From an uncultured Chloroflexota bacterium (lineage in GTDB: Bacteria > Chloroflexota > Anaerolineae > UBA4142 > SHND01), in contig CALMZO010000056.1 in NCBI GenBank assembly GCA_937870825.1, positions 5,120 to 69,119 of the forward strand: a stretch of DNA of 64,000 nt, written 5' to 3'. The notes under the pieces were generated by a model. The model searched no databases. It was not told the origin of the DNA and was given only the letters and a program-made list of their open reading frames with translations. The position numbers and the translations under genes were made by a program. How positions within the stretch are numbered: the first letter of the stretch is position 1; the number at the start of each line of letters is the position of its first letter. Of this stretch, positions 1 through 9,563 are shown one piece after another.

Positions 1-1
1 G

Positions 2-1342
2 CCTGGCACGTGGCAGCATTTCACCATTCCGCTTTCCGAATTGGAAGAAGACACGTTCGTGAGCGGGCTCGGTTTCGACGGCTCTTCGATTCGCGGCTTT
101 CAAGCAATTCACGAAAGCGACATGCTGCTCATTCCCGACCCCAAGACCGCGCTCGTGGACCCCGCGTGCGCGATTCCCACATTGTCGCTCGTGTGCAATG
201 TGGTGGACCCCGTGAATCGTCAGCCGTACACACGCGACCCGCGTTACGTCGCGCAAAAAGCGGAAGCGTATTTGAAAAGTACCGGCATCGCCACGAAATC
301 GTACTTTGGACCCGAAGCCGAATTTTTCATTTTCGACTCTGTGCGTTTCGACCAGAATCAACACGAAGGATATTACTTTGTGGATTCCGACGAAGGCATC
401 TGGAACAGCGGACGCGCAAACAACGGCACGAAAAATCTCGGCAATCGCACGCGCAACAAGGAAGGATATTTTCCCGTCGCGCCTGCGGACACCCTGCAAG
501 ACATCCGCAGTGAAATGGTTTTGCGAATGATTCAAGCCGGCATTCCCGTCGAAACGCATCATCACGAAGTCGCCACGGCGGGGCAATGCGAAATTGACAT
601 GCGTTTCGATTCGCTGACTGCAATGGCGGACAAGTTGATGTTGTACAAATACATCGTCAAAACTGTCGCGCACGCGCACGGCAAAACTGCCACGTTCATG
701 CCCAAGCCCTTGTTCGGCGACAACGGTTCGGGGATGCACTGCCATCAATCGCTGTGGAATGACGATGGACCGTTGTTTTACGATGCGGACGGATACGCGC
801 AACTTTCGCAAACCGCGTTGTGGTACATCGGCGGTCTGCTGAAACACGCGCCCGCGCTGCTCGCGCTGCTCGCGCCGACGACCAATTCGTACCGCCGCCT
901 CGTGCCCGGTTACGAAGCGCCCGTCAATCTCGTGTACTCGCAGCGCAATCGTTCCGCCGCCGTGCGGATTCCGATGTATTCCGTTTCACCAAAAGCGAAA
1001 CGCATCGAATTTCGTCCGCCCGACCCGACGTGCAATCCGTATCTCGCGTTCAGCGCGATGCTGCTCGCCGGTCTCGACGGCATTCAAAACAAAATCGACC
1101 CGGGCGCGCCGAGCGATTTCGATTTGTACGAATCGGAACAAGGCAAACACGTCAAACAAGTTCCGGGTTCGCTCGCCGAAACGTTGACCGCGTTGGAAAA
1201 CGACCACGAGTTTTTGCTCAAGGGCGACGTCTTCACAAAGGATTTGATTGAAACGTACATTGCAATAAAGCGCGCCAAAGACGTTGACCCCGTGCGCTTG
1301 CGTCCGCATCCGTACGAATTCTTTCTCTACTACGATGCGTGA
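2..1342 (+). CDS. glnA: Glutamine synthetase type I (5' end lies outside the window)
   Basis: [52 protein letters not shown] motifs; frame open from base 2 ([10 protein letters not shown]). Confidence 0.97.
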   Translation, partial: PGTWQHFTIPLSELEEDTFVSGLGFDGSSIRGFQAIHESDMLLIPDPKTALVDPACAIPTLSLVCNVVDPVNRQPYTRDPRYVAQKAEAYLKSTGIATKSYFGPEAEFFIFDSVRFDQNQHEGYYFVDSDEGIWNSGRANNGTKNLGNRTRNKEGYFPVAPADTLQDIRSEMVLRMIQAGIPVETHHHEVATAGQCEIDMRFDSLTAMADKLMLYKYIVKTVAHAHGKTATFMPKPLFGDNGSGMHCHQSLWNDDGPLFYDADGYAQLSQTALWYIGGLLKHAPALLALLAPTTNSYRRLVPGYEAPVNLVYSQRNRSAAVRIPMYSVSPKAKRIEFRPPDPTCNPYLAFSAMLLAGLDGIQNKIDPGAPSDFDLYESEQGKHVKQVPGSLAETLTALENDHEFLLKGDVFTKDLIETYIAIKRAKDVDPVRLRPHPYEFFLYYDA

Positions 1343-1357
1343 TTCGTCAAAATAACG

Positions 1358-1433
1358 TCCCTTATTTCCCTCAATGCCCGAACTATTCGGATTTGAGGGG
1401 ATAAGGGAACCAAAGGAAATGAAGGGAATAAGA
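1358..1433. repeat. Inverted nonamer array forming a long hairpin after glnA
   Basis: TCCCTTATTTCCCTCAA (1358-1374) vs TTGAGGGGATAAGGGA (1393-1408), then GGAA-rich 9-mers; same family at 5810-5834 and 21596-21677. Confidence 0.75.
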
Positions 1434-1436
1434 ATT

Positions 1437-1652
1437 ATGCAACCCTGTCTCTGCAAAAATCATTTTCGCCAAGTCGCGAACGTCTTTGACAAAGAAACCG
1501 CGTTCGCGTATGCCCACGACGAAAAAAATTGCGTCATTTGCAATCAAGTGATTTTCATCGAAGGCGCGCGCCGCTTTGTTGTAGGAATGCGGCAAAATGC
1601 GAACGAGGAATCGCTGCGCTTGCCGAATTTGTTCGTGCATCGCGGCGCATAG
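1437..1652 (+). CDS. Small Cys/His-containing hypothetical protein (71 aa)
   Basis: ATG at 1437 after purine-rich tract; CLC..H and CVIC motifs; host-like codon usage. Confidence 0.55.
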   Translation: MQPCLCKNHFRQVANVFDKETAFAYAHDEKNCVICNQVIFIEGARRFVVGMRQNANEESLRLPNLFVHRGA

Positions 1653-1663
1653 GGTTCGCGCAC

Positions 1664-1767
1664 GCGCTTATAAATCGCGGCAACAACAACACAGTTGCTT
1701 TGCAGACTGCAACGTCGTAACGTCCGCAGGGACGTTACGCGCATTTGTTGGCGCGAATTCGATTCGC
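1664..1767. mobile_element. ~105 bp MITE/REP-like element, copy 1
   Basis: Shares AAATCGCGGCAACAA..GCAGACT.CAACGTCGTAACGTCCG.AGGGACGTT..TTGTTGGCGCGAATTCGATTCGC with 39058-39164. Confidence 0.8.
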
Positions 1768-1808
1768 ATGTTGTAATCGCACCGTGAACGCGCCCACAAT
1801 GAATTTCC

Positions 1809-1864
1809 TTGGCAATGCCGCCAACACTTTTTTGGTCCCCCTGATGAGAACCGACATCGCCGTC
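1809..1864 (+). promoter_or_regulatory. Candidate ANTAR-target hexaloop hairpins in the gltB leader
   Basis: TTGGC-AATGCC-GCCAA (1809-1824) and GAC-ATCGCC-GTC (1853-1864); both loops have A1/G4 closed by C-G. Confidence 0.45.
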
Positions 1865-1950
1865 CTCTCGCTGACCCGGCTAGCACGCGTCCCCAAAAGG
1901 ACGCACCCGACTCACTGTCGAGCGAGATTCCCGCGCCTGGAGCAAACGCG

Positions 1951-4900
1951 ATGTCGAACCACGCTGCTCGTCCTCCCCGGCGAGGACACCACGAAACATT
2001 TTTAACCGACCCGTATTTTGAACGCGATGCGTGCGGCACCGGTTTCCTTGCCGACTTGCACGCGCGCGTGTCTCACAAATTATTGCAAGACGCGTTGAGT
2101 ACGATTGCGCGTCTCTCGCATCGCGGCGCGGTGGCTGCCGACGGCAAGACGGGCGACGGTTCGGGCATCCTCACGCAGCTCCCGCACAAATTTTTCGCGC
2201 GCCAACTCGAACAAAACAAAATCGTTGCGCCGCACGAAGGCGACCTTGCCGTAGGAATGTTTTTTATCCCGCGCGACAAAGAGCCGCGCGCGCAAGCGAA
2301 ACAAATTATCGAAACTGTTTTCGCGTCGCGCAATTTGCAATTGCTCATGTGGCGCGAAGCGCCGGTGAATCTCGAAGCGTTGGGCGAACACGCCTTCAAA
2401 ACGCGCCCGTACATTACGCAAGCGATTGTTGCGCGCGGGAAACATGTCGGCAGCGGTGACGCGTTTGAACGCGCATTGTATTTCGCGCGCAAAGAAATCG
2501 AACGCAAAGCCATTCAAGAAAAAAATCCGCGTTTGTACGCCGCGTCGCTTTCGTCGCGCACAATCGTCTACAAAGGGCTGTTCGTTTCGCCGATGCTCGG
2601 CAAATTTTATTTTGATTTGCAAGACCCGTTGTACGAAACCGCGCTTGCGCTCGTACACCAACGTTACAGCACCAACACCTTTCCGTCGTGGGAACTCGCG
2701 CAGCCGTTTCGCCGACTCTGTCACAACGGCGAAATCAATACGCTGTCGGGCAACATTGCGTGGATGAACGCGCGCGAACCATTTTTTGATTCCTCACTTT
2801 TTCGCGATGAATTCAGCACAAACAATTCTTCGTTCCAACCGTTGTTGGATGTGTCTTCCTCCGATTCGGGAATTTTGGACAATGGTCTTGAACTCGTTTC
2901 GCTCGGCGGACGCGAACTGCCGCACGCGGTGATGATGCTGATGCCCGAAGCGTGGGAAAACGTGCGCGACCTCGACCCGCAAATCAAAGCGTTCTATCGT
3001 TATCACGCGACGCTAATGGAGCCGTGGGACGGACCCGCCGCGATTTGTTTTTCCGATGGACGCGTCGCAGGCATGACGCTTGATAGAAACGGTTTGCGTC
3101 CCGCGACATGGCTCGTCACACACGACGGCTTTGTCGTCGCCGCGAGTGAATCGGGCGCGCTGGAAATGGAACCCGAACGCGTGAAACAAAAAGGGCGGCT
3201 CGGTCCGGGGCAAATGGTGGTCGCCGATTTGCAGTACAATAAATTGTGGAAGAACGACGAAATCAAATCGCATTACGCGTCGCGTCGTCCGTACGCGCAT
3301 TGGGTGAGTGAGTATATTCGTCCGCTGCTCGGAGATAGAGAGAATGAGAGATTGAGAGATAGAGAGCCAGATTCACTCCCTCTCCCCACCTCTCAATCAC
3401 TTTTCGGTTACACCGACGAAGAGCTCGTCGTCATTTTGAAACCGATGGTAGAGAACAAACAAGAAGCCGTCGGCTCGATGGGTGATGATACGCCGCACGC
3501 GGTGCTTTCCGAATTTGACCGCCCGCTCGCTCACTTTTTCCGCCAGCGTTTTGCCGAAGTGACGAATCCGCCAATTGACCCGCTGCGCGAAGAACTCGTC
3601 ATGTCCACGCGCGTTTTTCTCGGCGGACGCGGCAATATCCTCGAAGAAACTCCGACGCACGCGCATTTGCTCGAACTCGCATCGCCATTTTTGAATGACG
3701 CGCAGCTCGCGCAAATTCGCGCGCTCGACGATGAATTTCCACATGCGACGCTCGACGCGACATTTGAGGTGGGGCAAATTTCAAATTTGCCGTATGTGTT
3801 GGAAAGATTGTGCGCGCTTGCAGAGGAACAAACGCGCGACGGCAAAACAATTCTCATCATTTCTGACCGCAGCGTGAGCGAAACACGCGCGCCGATTCCG
3901 ATGCTGCTCGCGGTCAGCGCGGTGCATCATCATTTGTTGCGCGTCGGTTTGCGGTGGCAGACGAGCATCCTCGCGGAAACGGGCGATGCGCGCGATGTGC
4001 ATCAATTCGCGTGTCTGATTGGGTACGGCGCGAATGCCATCAATCCGTATCTCGCCCTAGCAACAGTTGAATCTTTGCAGTTTAAAGATTCAACTGTTGC
4101 GAAACACGCGCAAGAAAATTTTGTCGCCGCGTCGAACAAGGGCATTTTGAAAATCTTGTCCAAGATGGGCATCGCCACACTTGACGCGTATCACGGCGCG
4201 CAGTTGTTCGAGTGCATCGGCATTGCGAACGATGTCATCGCGCAGTACTTTACGGGAACGTCGTCGCCTGTCGGCGGCATTGGTCTGTACGAAATTGCGG
4301 AAACGGTTTTGCATCATCACGCCCGCGCGTTCGGCGAAACGTCACGTTTGTACAACTATGGCTATTTCAAATTCAAAAAAGGCGGCGAATATCACGCGTT
4401 CAATCCAAACATCGTTGACGCGTTGCACGACGCGGTTCGCACGCCCGGCGCGTTGAATGGGAATTATCTGGACGAGCGTTCACCCTCGCGTATCGCGGAC
4501 ATAAAGGGTGAACGCTGGTCAGAAGCATACGAAAAATATTTAAAGTTCGCGTCGCTTGTGAATGAACGCCCCGCGACGGACCTCGCGGATTTTTTGCAAT
4601 TCGTGCCGCGCGAACCGATTCCGCTTTCCAAAGTGGAGCCCGCCGATGTTTTGGTGAAACGCTTTTCCGTCGCGGCAATGTCGCACGGCGCGTTGTCGCT
4701 CGAAGCGCACCAAACGTTGAGCGAAGCGATGAATCGTTTGGGCGCGTTGGCGAACAGCGGCGAAGGCGGCGAACATCCGTCGCGTTATGGCACGTTGAAA
4801 AACAGCGCGATTAAACAAATTGCGTCCGCGCGCTTTGGCGTGACGCCCGCGTATTTGATGAGTGCGACAGAATTGCAAATCAAAATGGCGCAAGGTTCCA

Positions 4901-5700
4901 AACCGGGCGAAGGCGGACAATTGCCCGCCGCGAAAGTGAGTTTGGAAATCGCGGCGGTGCGGCACGCGCAGCCCGGCATCACGCTCATTTCCCCCCCCCC
5001 GCATCACGACATTTATTCGATTGAAGATTTGGCGCAGTTGATTTACGATTTGAAACGCATCAATCCGCGCGCAAAAGTTTCCGTGAAACTTGTCGCGCAG
5101 AACGGTGTCGGAACGATTGCGGCGGGTGTCGCCAAGGCGTACGCGGATGTGATTCACATTTCCGGTCACAGTGGCGGCACGGGCGCGTCTCCGTTGAGCT
5201 CGATCAAACACGCGGGGATTGCGTGGGAATTGGGGCTGGCAGAGACCCAGCAGGTCCTGGTTGCCAACGACCTGCGGGGACGCGTCCGCTTGCGCGTGGA
5301 CGGCGGATTCAAAACGGGACGTCATGTTGTCGTCGGCGCGCTGTTGGGCGCGGAAGAATTTTCATTCGGCACGGCGGCAGTGATTGCGAGCGGCTGCATC
5401 ATGGCGCGCGCGTGTCACCTCAACACTTGCCCTGTCGGCATCGCCACACAAAAACTAGAGTTACGCAAAAAATTTCCGCAAGTGGCGGAATGGGTGATGG
5501 CGTACTATTTGTTCGTCGCCGAAGAAACGCGCGAATGGCTCGCCTCGCTCGGTGCGCGTTCGCTCGATGACATTGTCGGACGCGTAGATTTGTTACAATA
5601 CGTTCCGCGTCAACGCGCGCAGCAGTTCCAGCAAAACATTCCCCCGCCAATTCCAACGGCGTCGCAATTTATGTTTTCGCCTACAGCGATTGTGAATTAG
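1951..5700 (+). CDS. gltB: Glutamate synthase large subunit, N-terminal part (GATase, central and FMN domains)
   Basis: [65 protein letters not shown]; lacks the GXGXG domain. Confidence 0.95.
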   Translation: MSNHAARPPRRGHHETFLTDPYFERDACGTGFLADLHARVSHKLLQDALSTIARLSHRGAVAADGKTGDGSGILTQLPHKFFARQLEQNKIVAPHEGDLAVGMFFIPRDKEPRAQAKQIIETVFASRNLQLLMWREAPVNLEALGEHAFKTRPYITQAIVARGKHVGSGDAFERALYFARKEIERKAIQEKNPRLYAASLSSRTIVYKGLFVSPMLGKFYFDLQDPLYETALALVHQRYSTNTFPSWELAQPFRRLCHNGEINTLSGNIAWMNAREPFFDSSLFRDEFSTNNSSFQPLLDVSSSDSGILDNGLELVSLGGRELPHAVMMLMPEAWENVRDLDPQIKAFYRYHATLMEPWDGPAAICFSDGRVAGMTLDRNGLRPATWLVTHDGFVVAASESGALEMEPERVKQKGRLGPGQMVVADLQYNKLWKNDEIKSHYASRRPYAHWVSEYIRPLLGDRENERLRDREPDSLPLPTSQSLFGYTDEELVVILKPMVENKQEAVGSMGDDTPHAVLSEFDRPLAHFFRQRFAEVTNPPIDPLREELVMSTRVFLGGRGNILEETPTHAHLLELASPFLNDAQLAQIRALDDEFPHATLDATFEVGQISNLPYVLERLCALAEEQTRDGKTILIISDRSVSETRAPIPMLLAVSAVHHHLLRVGLRWQTSILAETGDARDVHQFACLIGYGANAINPYLALATVESLQFKDSTVAKHAQENFVAASNKGILKILSKMGIATLDAYHGAQLFECIGIANDVIAQYFTGTSSPVGGIGLYEIAETVLHHHARAFGETSRLYNYGYFKFKKGGEYHAFNPNIVDALHDAVRTPGALNGNYLDERSPSRIADIKGERWSEAYEKYLKFASLVNERPATDLADFLQFVPREPIPLSKVEPADVLVKRFSVAAMSHGALSLEAHQTLSEAMNRLGALANSGEGGEHPSRYGTLKNSAIKQIASARFGVTPAYLMSATELQIKMAQGSKPGEGGQLPAAKVSLEIAAVRHAQPGITLISPPPHHDIYSIEDLAQLIYDLKRINPRAKVSVKLVAQNGVGTIAAGVAKAYADVIHISGHSGGTGASPLSSIKHAGIAWELGLAETQQVLVANDLRGRVRLRVDGGFKTGRHVVVGALLGAEEFSFGTAAVIASGCIMARACHLNTCPVGIATQKLELRKKFPQVAEWVMAYYLFVAEETREWLASLGARSLDDIVGRVDLLQYVPRQRAQQFQQNIPPPIPTASQFMFSPTAIVN
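3331..3400. repeat. Octamer array plus inverted partner, in frame in gltB
   Basis: GAGATAGA GAGAATGA GAGATTGA GAGATAGA, then a CT-rich inverse; reads [23 protein letters not shown]. Confidence 0.65.
3769..3795. repeat. REP-like palindrome in frame in gltB
   Basis: GTGG-GGCAAATTT-C-AAATTTGCC-GTAT; reads VGQISNLPY. Confidence 0.7.
4471..4520. repeat. Palindromic insertion in frame in gltB
   Basis: AGCGTTCACCCT (4475-4486) / AGGGTGAACGCT (4505-4516); reads [17 protein letters not shown]. Confidence 0.7.
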
Positions 5701-5722
5701 AGATTGGAGATTAGAGATGGAG
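5693..5722. repeat. Heptamer array containing the gltB-N stop codon
   Basis: GAATTAG AGATTGG AGATTAG AGATGG; TAG at 5698 and 5712 in two different frames. Confidence 0.7.
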
Positions 5723-5852
5723 AACGGCTGTGGCGCAAAATCCGCAGTCGTTTGTTTTTGTAAAACAAGAAATTCTCACGCAAGCCGCAGCGACGCAAAG
5801 GAAACCGAGTTCCCTCATTCCCTTATTTCCCTTGCGTATCGCATCCACACCC

Positions 5853-6743
5853 ATGACGAATCCATACGAAACCCTCCCTCTCAACCTCGCGCGCGTCCTC
5901 GCGGACCCCGACCCATCAGGGAAAAAAACGCGCAAGAATACACAGCCGCGCAATGACCGTCCGGTAGGGGCGAGTCATGACTCGCCCCTACTTGACGACG
6001 CGCTCTTGCTCGCGTGCAAACGCGCGGTGGATGAAAAAAAACCTGTCGAGTTCAAAGCCGCGATTCACAACACGGATAGAACTGTCGGCGCGCGGCTCGC
6101 GGGCTACATCGCGGAAAAATATGGCGACAAGGGATTGAAAGAGAAAACAATTGTCGCGACATTTGAAGGCAGCGCGGGACAAAGTTTCGGCGCGTTTTGC
6201 GTCAACGGAATGCAGCTCGTCGTGTACGGCGAAGCGAACGATTACGTCGGCAAAGGGATGAACGGCGGTGAAATTGTGATTCGTCTGCCCAAGAATGCAA
6301 AATACGCGTCGAATGAAAACGCGATTCTCGGCAATACGGTTTTGTACGGCGCAACCGGCGGCACATTGTACGCGGCAGGACAGGCGGGCGAACGGTTTTG
6401 TGTCCGCAACAGCGGCGCGGTTGCCGTCGTCGAAGGTGTCGGCGACCACGCGTGCGAATACATGACGGGCGGCACGGTTGTCGTGTTGGGCGAATTCGGC
6501 AGAAATTTTGGCGCGGGCATGAGCGGCGGCATCGCGTTTGTGTACGACCCCGAAAATAAATTGCCTACGCGATTGAATCCCGACATGGTGAAACTGGAAC
6601 GGCTCGACGGCGAACAAGATGACGCGTGGCTGCGCGAATGTGTCAAAGGTCACGCGGCGGCGACGGACAGTCGTTACGCGTGGGTCCTCGACTGGCGCTG
6701 GGGCGATACGCAGAAATATTTTTGGAGAGTTGTGCCCAAGTAG
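5853..6743 (+). CDS. gltB: Glutamate synthase C-terminal GXGXG domain as a separate ORF (alternative start 5730)
   Basis: NTDRTVGARL, GSAGQSFGAF, GEANDYVGKG, GERFCVRNSGA, GDHACEYMTGG. Confidence 0.9.
   Translation: MTNPYETLPLNLARVLADPDPSGKKTRKNTQPRNDRPVGASHDSPLLDDALLLACKRAVDEKKPVEFKAAIHNTDRTVGARLAGYIAEKYGDKGLKEKTIVATFEGSAGQSFGAFCVNGMQLVVYGEANDYVGKGMNGGEIVIRLPKNAKYASNENAILGNTVLYGATGGTLYAAGQAGERFCVRNSGAVAVVEGVGDHACEYMTGGTVVVLGEFGRNFGAGMSGGIAFVYDPENKLPTRLNPDMVKLERLDGEQDDAWLRECVKGHAAATDSRYAWVLDWRWGDTQKYFWRVVPK
5964..5991. repeat. Perfect 28 bp GTAG-type REP palindrome, in frame
   Basis: GTAGGGGCGAGTCATGACTCGCCCCTAC; reads VGASHDSPL. Confidence 0.85.
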
Positions 6744-6806
6744 CAGATAGTAGGTAAGTAGCAAGTAGCACGGGTGACCTACTACCTGATACCTGCTACC
6801 TGCTAC
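6740..6806. repeat. Inverted heptamer arrays (GTAGCAR / YTGCTAC family)
   Basis: GTAGCAG ATAGTAG GTAA GTAGCAA GTAGCA ... CTACTAC CTGATAC CTGCTAC CTGCTAC; contains stop TAG 6741. Confidence 0.8.
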
Positions 6807-6810
6807 ACAA

Positions 6811-7308
6811 ATGTCTTTCACTATTCGACCTGCGGTGCGCGCAGACGTTCCCGCGATTCGCGAAATTTACAACGACGCGGTTTTGAATACGACCGCGAGC
6901 GCGGACTATGAACCGCGTTCATTGGAATCGCGTTACGCGTGGTTCGACGAACACGAACGCGAGGGATATCCGATTTTTGTCGCGCAAACTGACGCGGGCG
7001 AAATTGTGGGATGGAGTTCGTTGAGTCGCTACAAGGAACGCATCGGCTATCAATACAGTACGGAAAATTCGATTTATGTGCGTCCCGCATGGCGCGGACG
7101 CGGTGTGGGAAAATTATTGATGCCGCCGTTGCTCGATGCCGCGCGCGCGATGGGAATGCACGCGATTCTCGCAGGCATCAGCGGCGACAACGAGGCGAGT
7201 TTGAAATTGCACGCGCAGTTCGGTTTTGAAAAGGTTGCGCATTTCAAAGAAACCATATACAAATTCGGGCAGTGGCTCGACGTCGTGTATATGGAGAAAC
7301 TACTGTGA
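6811..7308 (+). CDS. GNAT N-acetyltransferase, phosphinothricin/methionine sulfoximine acetyltransferase (PAT/MddA) family
   Basis: IREIYNDAVLNTTAS, ENSIYV..RGRGVGK, NEASLKLHAQFGF, KFGQWLDV. Confidence 0.85.
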   Translation: MSFTIRPAVRADVPAIREIYNDAVLNTTASADYEPRSLESRYAWFDEHEREGYPIFVAQTDAGEIVGWSSLSRYKERIGYQYSTENSIYVRPAWRGRGVGKLLMPPLLDAARAMGMHAILAGISGDNEASLKLHAQFGFEKVAHFKETIYKFGQWLDVVYMEKLL

Positions 7309-7865
7309 ACGAAATCGAACTGCCCAATCTCGAAGACATCAAGGACCAATCGGAACTCCGCTCGCTCGCCGCATTCGTCTTTAATCTCATCGAAGCGCAA
7401 ATTACGCGCGCCGACACCAAAGCGGGGTTGGTCGTCGCGGCGGATTCGTTTTTTATTACGCTGACCATCTTTTTGACGCGGCGCGGCGCAATCTTGACAT
7501 TGTTCGACCCTGCGGCTCTGCCGGTCGAACGCGTTTTGAGCGTTTTGTACATTTTGGTTTTTGCGGCGGTCTTTTGTTCCATGTTTTATGGATTGCTCGC
7601 CACGCGACCCGCGCTCACTAAAAAGGGAACGGGAGGCACACTCTTTTTTTTCGGACGCATCGCGCAGCACGAGCATGGCGAATTTCAGGACATTTTCGCG
7701 AAACAATCGTTGGCAGACCATCGTACCTCGCTGTTGACCGAAGTCCACAATACGGCGCGCATCGCGAGCAGCAAATTCAAACGCGTGCGCTACAGCATTG
7801 ATTTTTTGATTCTCGCGCTCGTTTTGTGGGGTTTGATTGTGCTGTTGAACGCGCTCACTTTTTAA
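7305..7865 (+). CDS. Pycsar effector (PycTM/DUF5706)-like membrane protein
   Basis: ITRADTKAG..., LFFFGRIA, ARIASSKF; three hydrophobic segments; GTG start overlaps upstream TGA. Confidence 0.7.
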   Translation: MNEIELPNLEDIKDQSELRSLAAFVFNLIEAQITRADTKAGLVVAADSFFITLTIFLTRRGAILTLFDPAALPVERVLSVLYILVFAAVFCSMFYGLLATRPALTKKGTGGTLFFFGRIAQHEHGEFQDIFAKQSLADHRTSLLTEVHNTARIASSKFKRVRYSIDFLILALVLWGLIVLLNALTF

Positions 7866-7866
7866 G

Positions 7867-9546
7867 ATGCCACGCCTAACGAAACGCGAACCCCATCGCC
7901 GCATCGCCGACCCGCGCGCCGAACTCAGGGCTTTGCACAACATCGGCGCGGCGTTGAGCGCGGCGTTCGATTTGAACACCACACTGCACAAAATCACCGA
8001 GACGACGACTCAAGTCATGCAGCTGGATTCGTGTTCGATTTATCTGTGGGATAAAAAACAAAACGCGTTGGTGTTGAAAGCCAGCACGGGACTTTCCCCG
8101 AAAGCATTCAACGTCGGCAAACTCGCGTTGGGCGAAGGCATCACGGGCGCGGCGTTAGAGAGTGGAAAATCTATTGCCGTGCGCGATGCGGCGAATGACC
8201 CGCGTTTTGTGTACGTGCCGGGAACAGAAGAAGAAAATTTCAAATCGCTCGCGGCAGTGCCGCTGATTAGTCAGGGCAGCAAAATCGGCGCGATGAATGT
8301 GCAGACAAAAACGTTTCGCCATTGGACGCGTCCCGAAATTGATTTGCTCGAATTGATTGGCGAACTCGCGGCGGGCGCGCTCGAACGCGCGGAATTGCTC
8401 GATGGACTGGCGCGGCAGGTCAATGAACTCTCGACGCTCGCGCAGGTGAGCCGAACCATCACCGAACCCATTTATTTGGATGAAATGCTCGCGGTGATTT
8501 GCGAAATGGCGGCGCAAATTATGAACGCGCAAGGCACCGCGCTCTTGCTCTTTGACGAAGACAATCAAGAACTCGCGCTGCGCGCAACGTACGGCTTGCA
8601 GCGCGAACACGCGGCAATTTCGCCGATTGACGTGGAAACGAGTTTGACGGGGCGCGCGATTCAACGCGGCGAACCCGTGAGCGTCCGTGATTTGCAAAAC
8701 GAAGCGGCGTACAAAAATCGCGCGCTGGCAAAACGCGAAGGGCTGCATTCGTTTCTTTCCGTTCCCGTCAGCGTGCGCGGAAAAATTATCGGCGCGTTCA
8801 ACTGCTACTTGAAGCGCATTCACGATTTTACCGCGCCAGAGATTGAGTTGTTTTCCACGTTGGCGAATCAAACCGCCGTCGCGCTCGACAATGCGAATTT
8901 GATGATGAGTTCGATGCTCGTGCGCGAGATGCACCATCGCATCAAAAACAATTTGCAAACGGTGGCGATGGTTTTGCGAATGCAACTGCGCGACGCGAAA
9001 CAACTCTCCGCCGACCAGGTGCTGACGCAAACCATCAATCGCATCCTGAGCATCGCCGCCGTGCATGAAGCCTTGTCGCAGGACGGCTTTCGCGTCATTG
9101 GCGTGCGCGAATTGATTCAACAAGCCGCGCACATGGCGCATCAAACGATGGTGCATCCGACGAAAGAAATTTCGATTCACGTCGAGGGCGCGGACATTCG
9201 TTTGCCTTCGCAGCCCGCGACGACGGTGGCGATTGCGGTGAACGAATTGATTCTCAACGCGCTGGAACACGGTTTCGATAATGTCGAGCGCGGCACGGTG
9301 ACTGTTGTATTGTCGGAAACGAAAACGCATTATGAGATTTGCGTGCAGGACGACGGCGCGGGACTGCCAAAACATTTCAGCAAGAGCGATTCGTTGGGTT
9401 TGCGAATCGTAGATGGCATGATTGTCGAAGATTTGCGCGGCGAATTCAAAATTACGAATCGGCGCGGCAGACACGGCACGGTGGCAGTGTTAAAAATTCC
9501 AAAAATGAAGACGACGAATGAGGGAATCGTAAGCGATTCCAAATGA
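7867..9546 (+). CDS. Cytoplasmic GAF-GAF sensor histidine kinase, PdtaS/EutW-like (HisKA_2)
   Basis: EMHHRIKNNLQ H-box, NELILNALEHG, DDGAG, SLGL; two GAF-like repeats; no TM segment. Confidence 0.9.
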   Translation: MPRLTKREPHRRIADPRAELRALHNIGAALSAAFDLNTTLHKITETTTQVMQLDSCSIYLWDKKQNALVLKASTGLSPKAFNVGKLALGEGITGAALESGKSIAVRDAANDPRFVYVPGTEEENFKSLAAVPLISQGSKIGAMNVQTKTFRHWTRPEIDLLELIGELAAGALERAELLDGLARQVNELSTLAQVSRTITEPIYLDEMLAVICEMAAQIMNAQGTALLLFDEDNQELALRATYGLQREHAAISPIDVETSLTGRAIQRGEPVSVRDLQNEAAYKNRALAKREGLHSFLSVPVSVRGKIIGAFNCYLKRIHDFTAPEIELFSTLANQTAVALDNANLMMSSMLVREMHHRIKNNLQTVAMVLRMQLRDAKQLSADQVLTQTINRILSIAAVHEALSQDGFRVIGVRELIQQAAHMAHQTMVHPTKEISIHVEGADIRLPSQPATTVAIAVNELILNALEHGFDNVERGTVTVVLSETKTHYEICVQDDGAGLPKHFSKSDSLGLRIVDGMIVEDLRGEFKITNRRGRHGTVAVLKIPKMKTTNEGIVSDSK

Positions 9547-9563
9547 CGAACGATGGAGGAAGT

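Noticed and set aside
1809-1850. Fluoride riboswitch-like words (GGCAATG...CTGATGA)
   Set aside because: The loop is too short, no pseudoknot pairing is present, and the gene context does not fit
1841-1870. CTGATGAG resembling a hammerhead ribozyme core
   Set aside because: No GAAA follows the possible stem II, and stems I/III cannot be built
5698-5763. Pyrrolysine/read-through or a single programmed frameshift joining gltB
   Set aside because: Read-through ends at TAA 5761, and the downstream frame is blocked by TAG 5712
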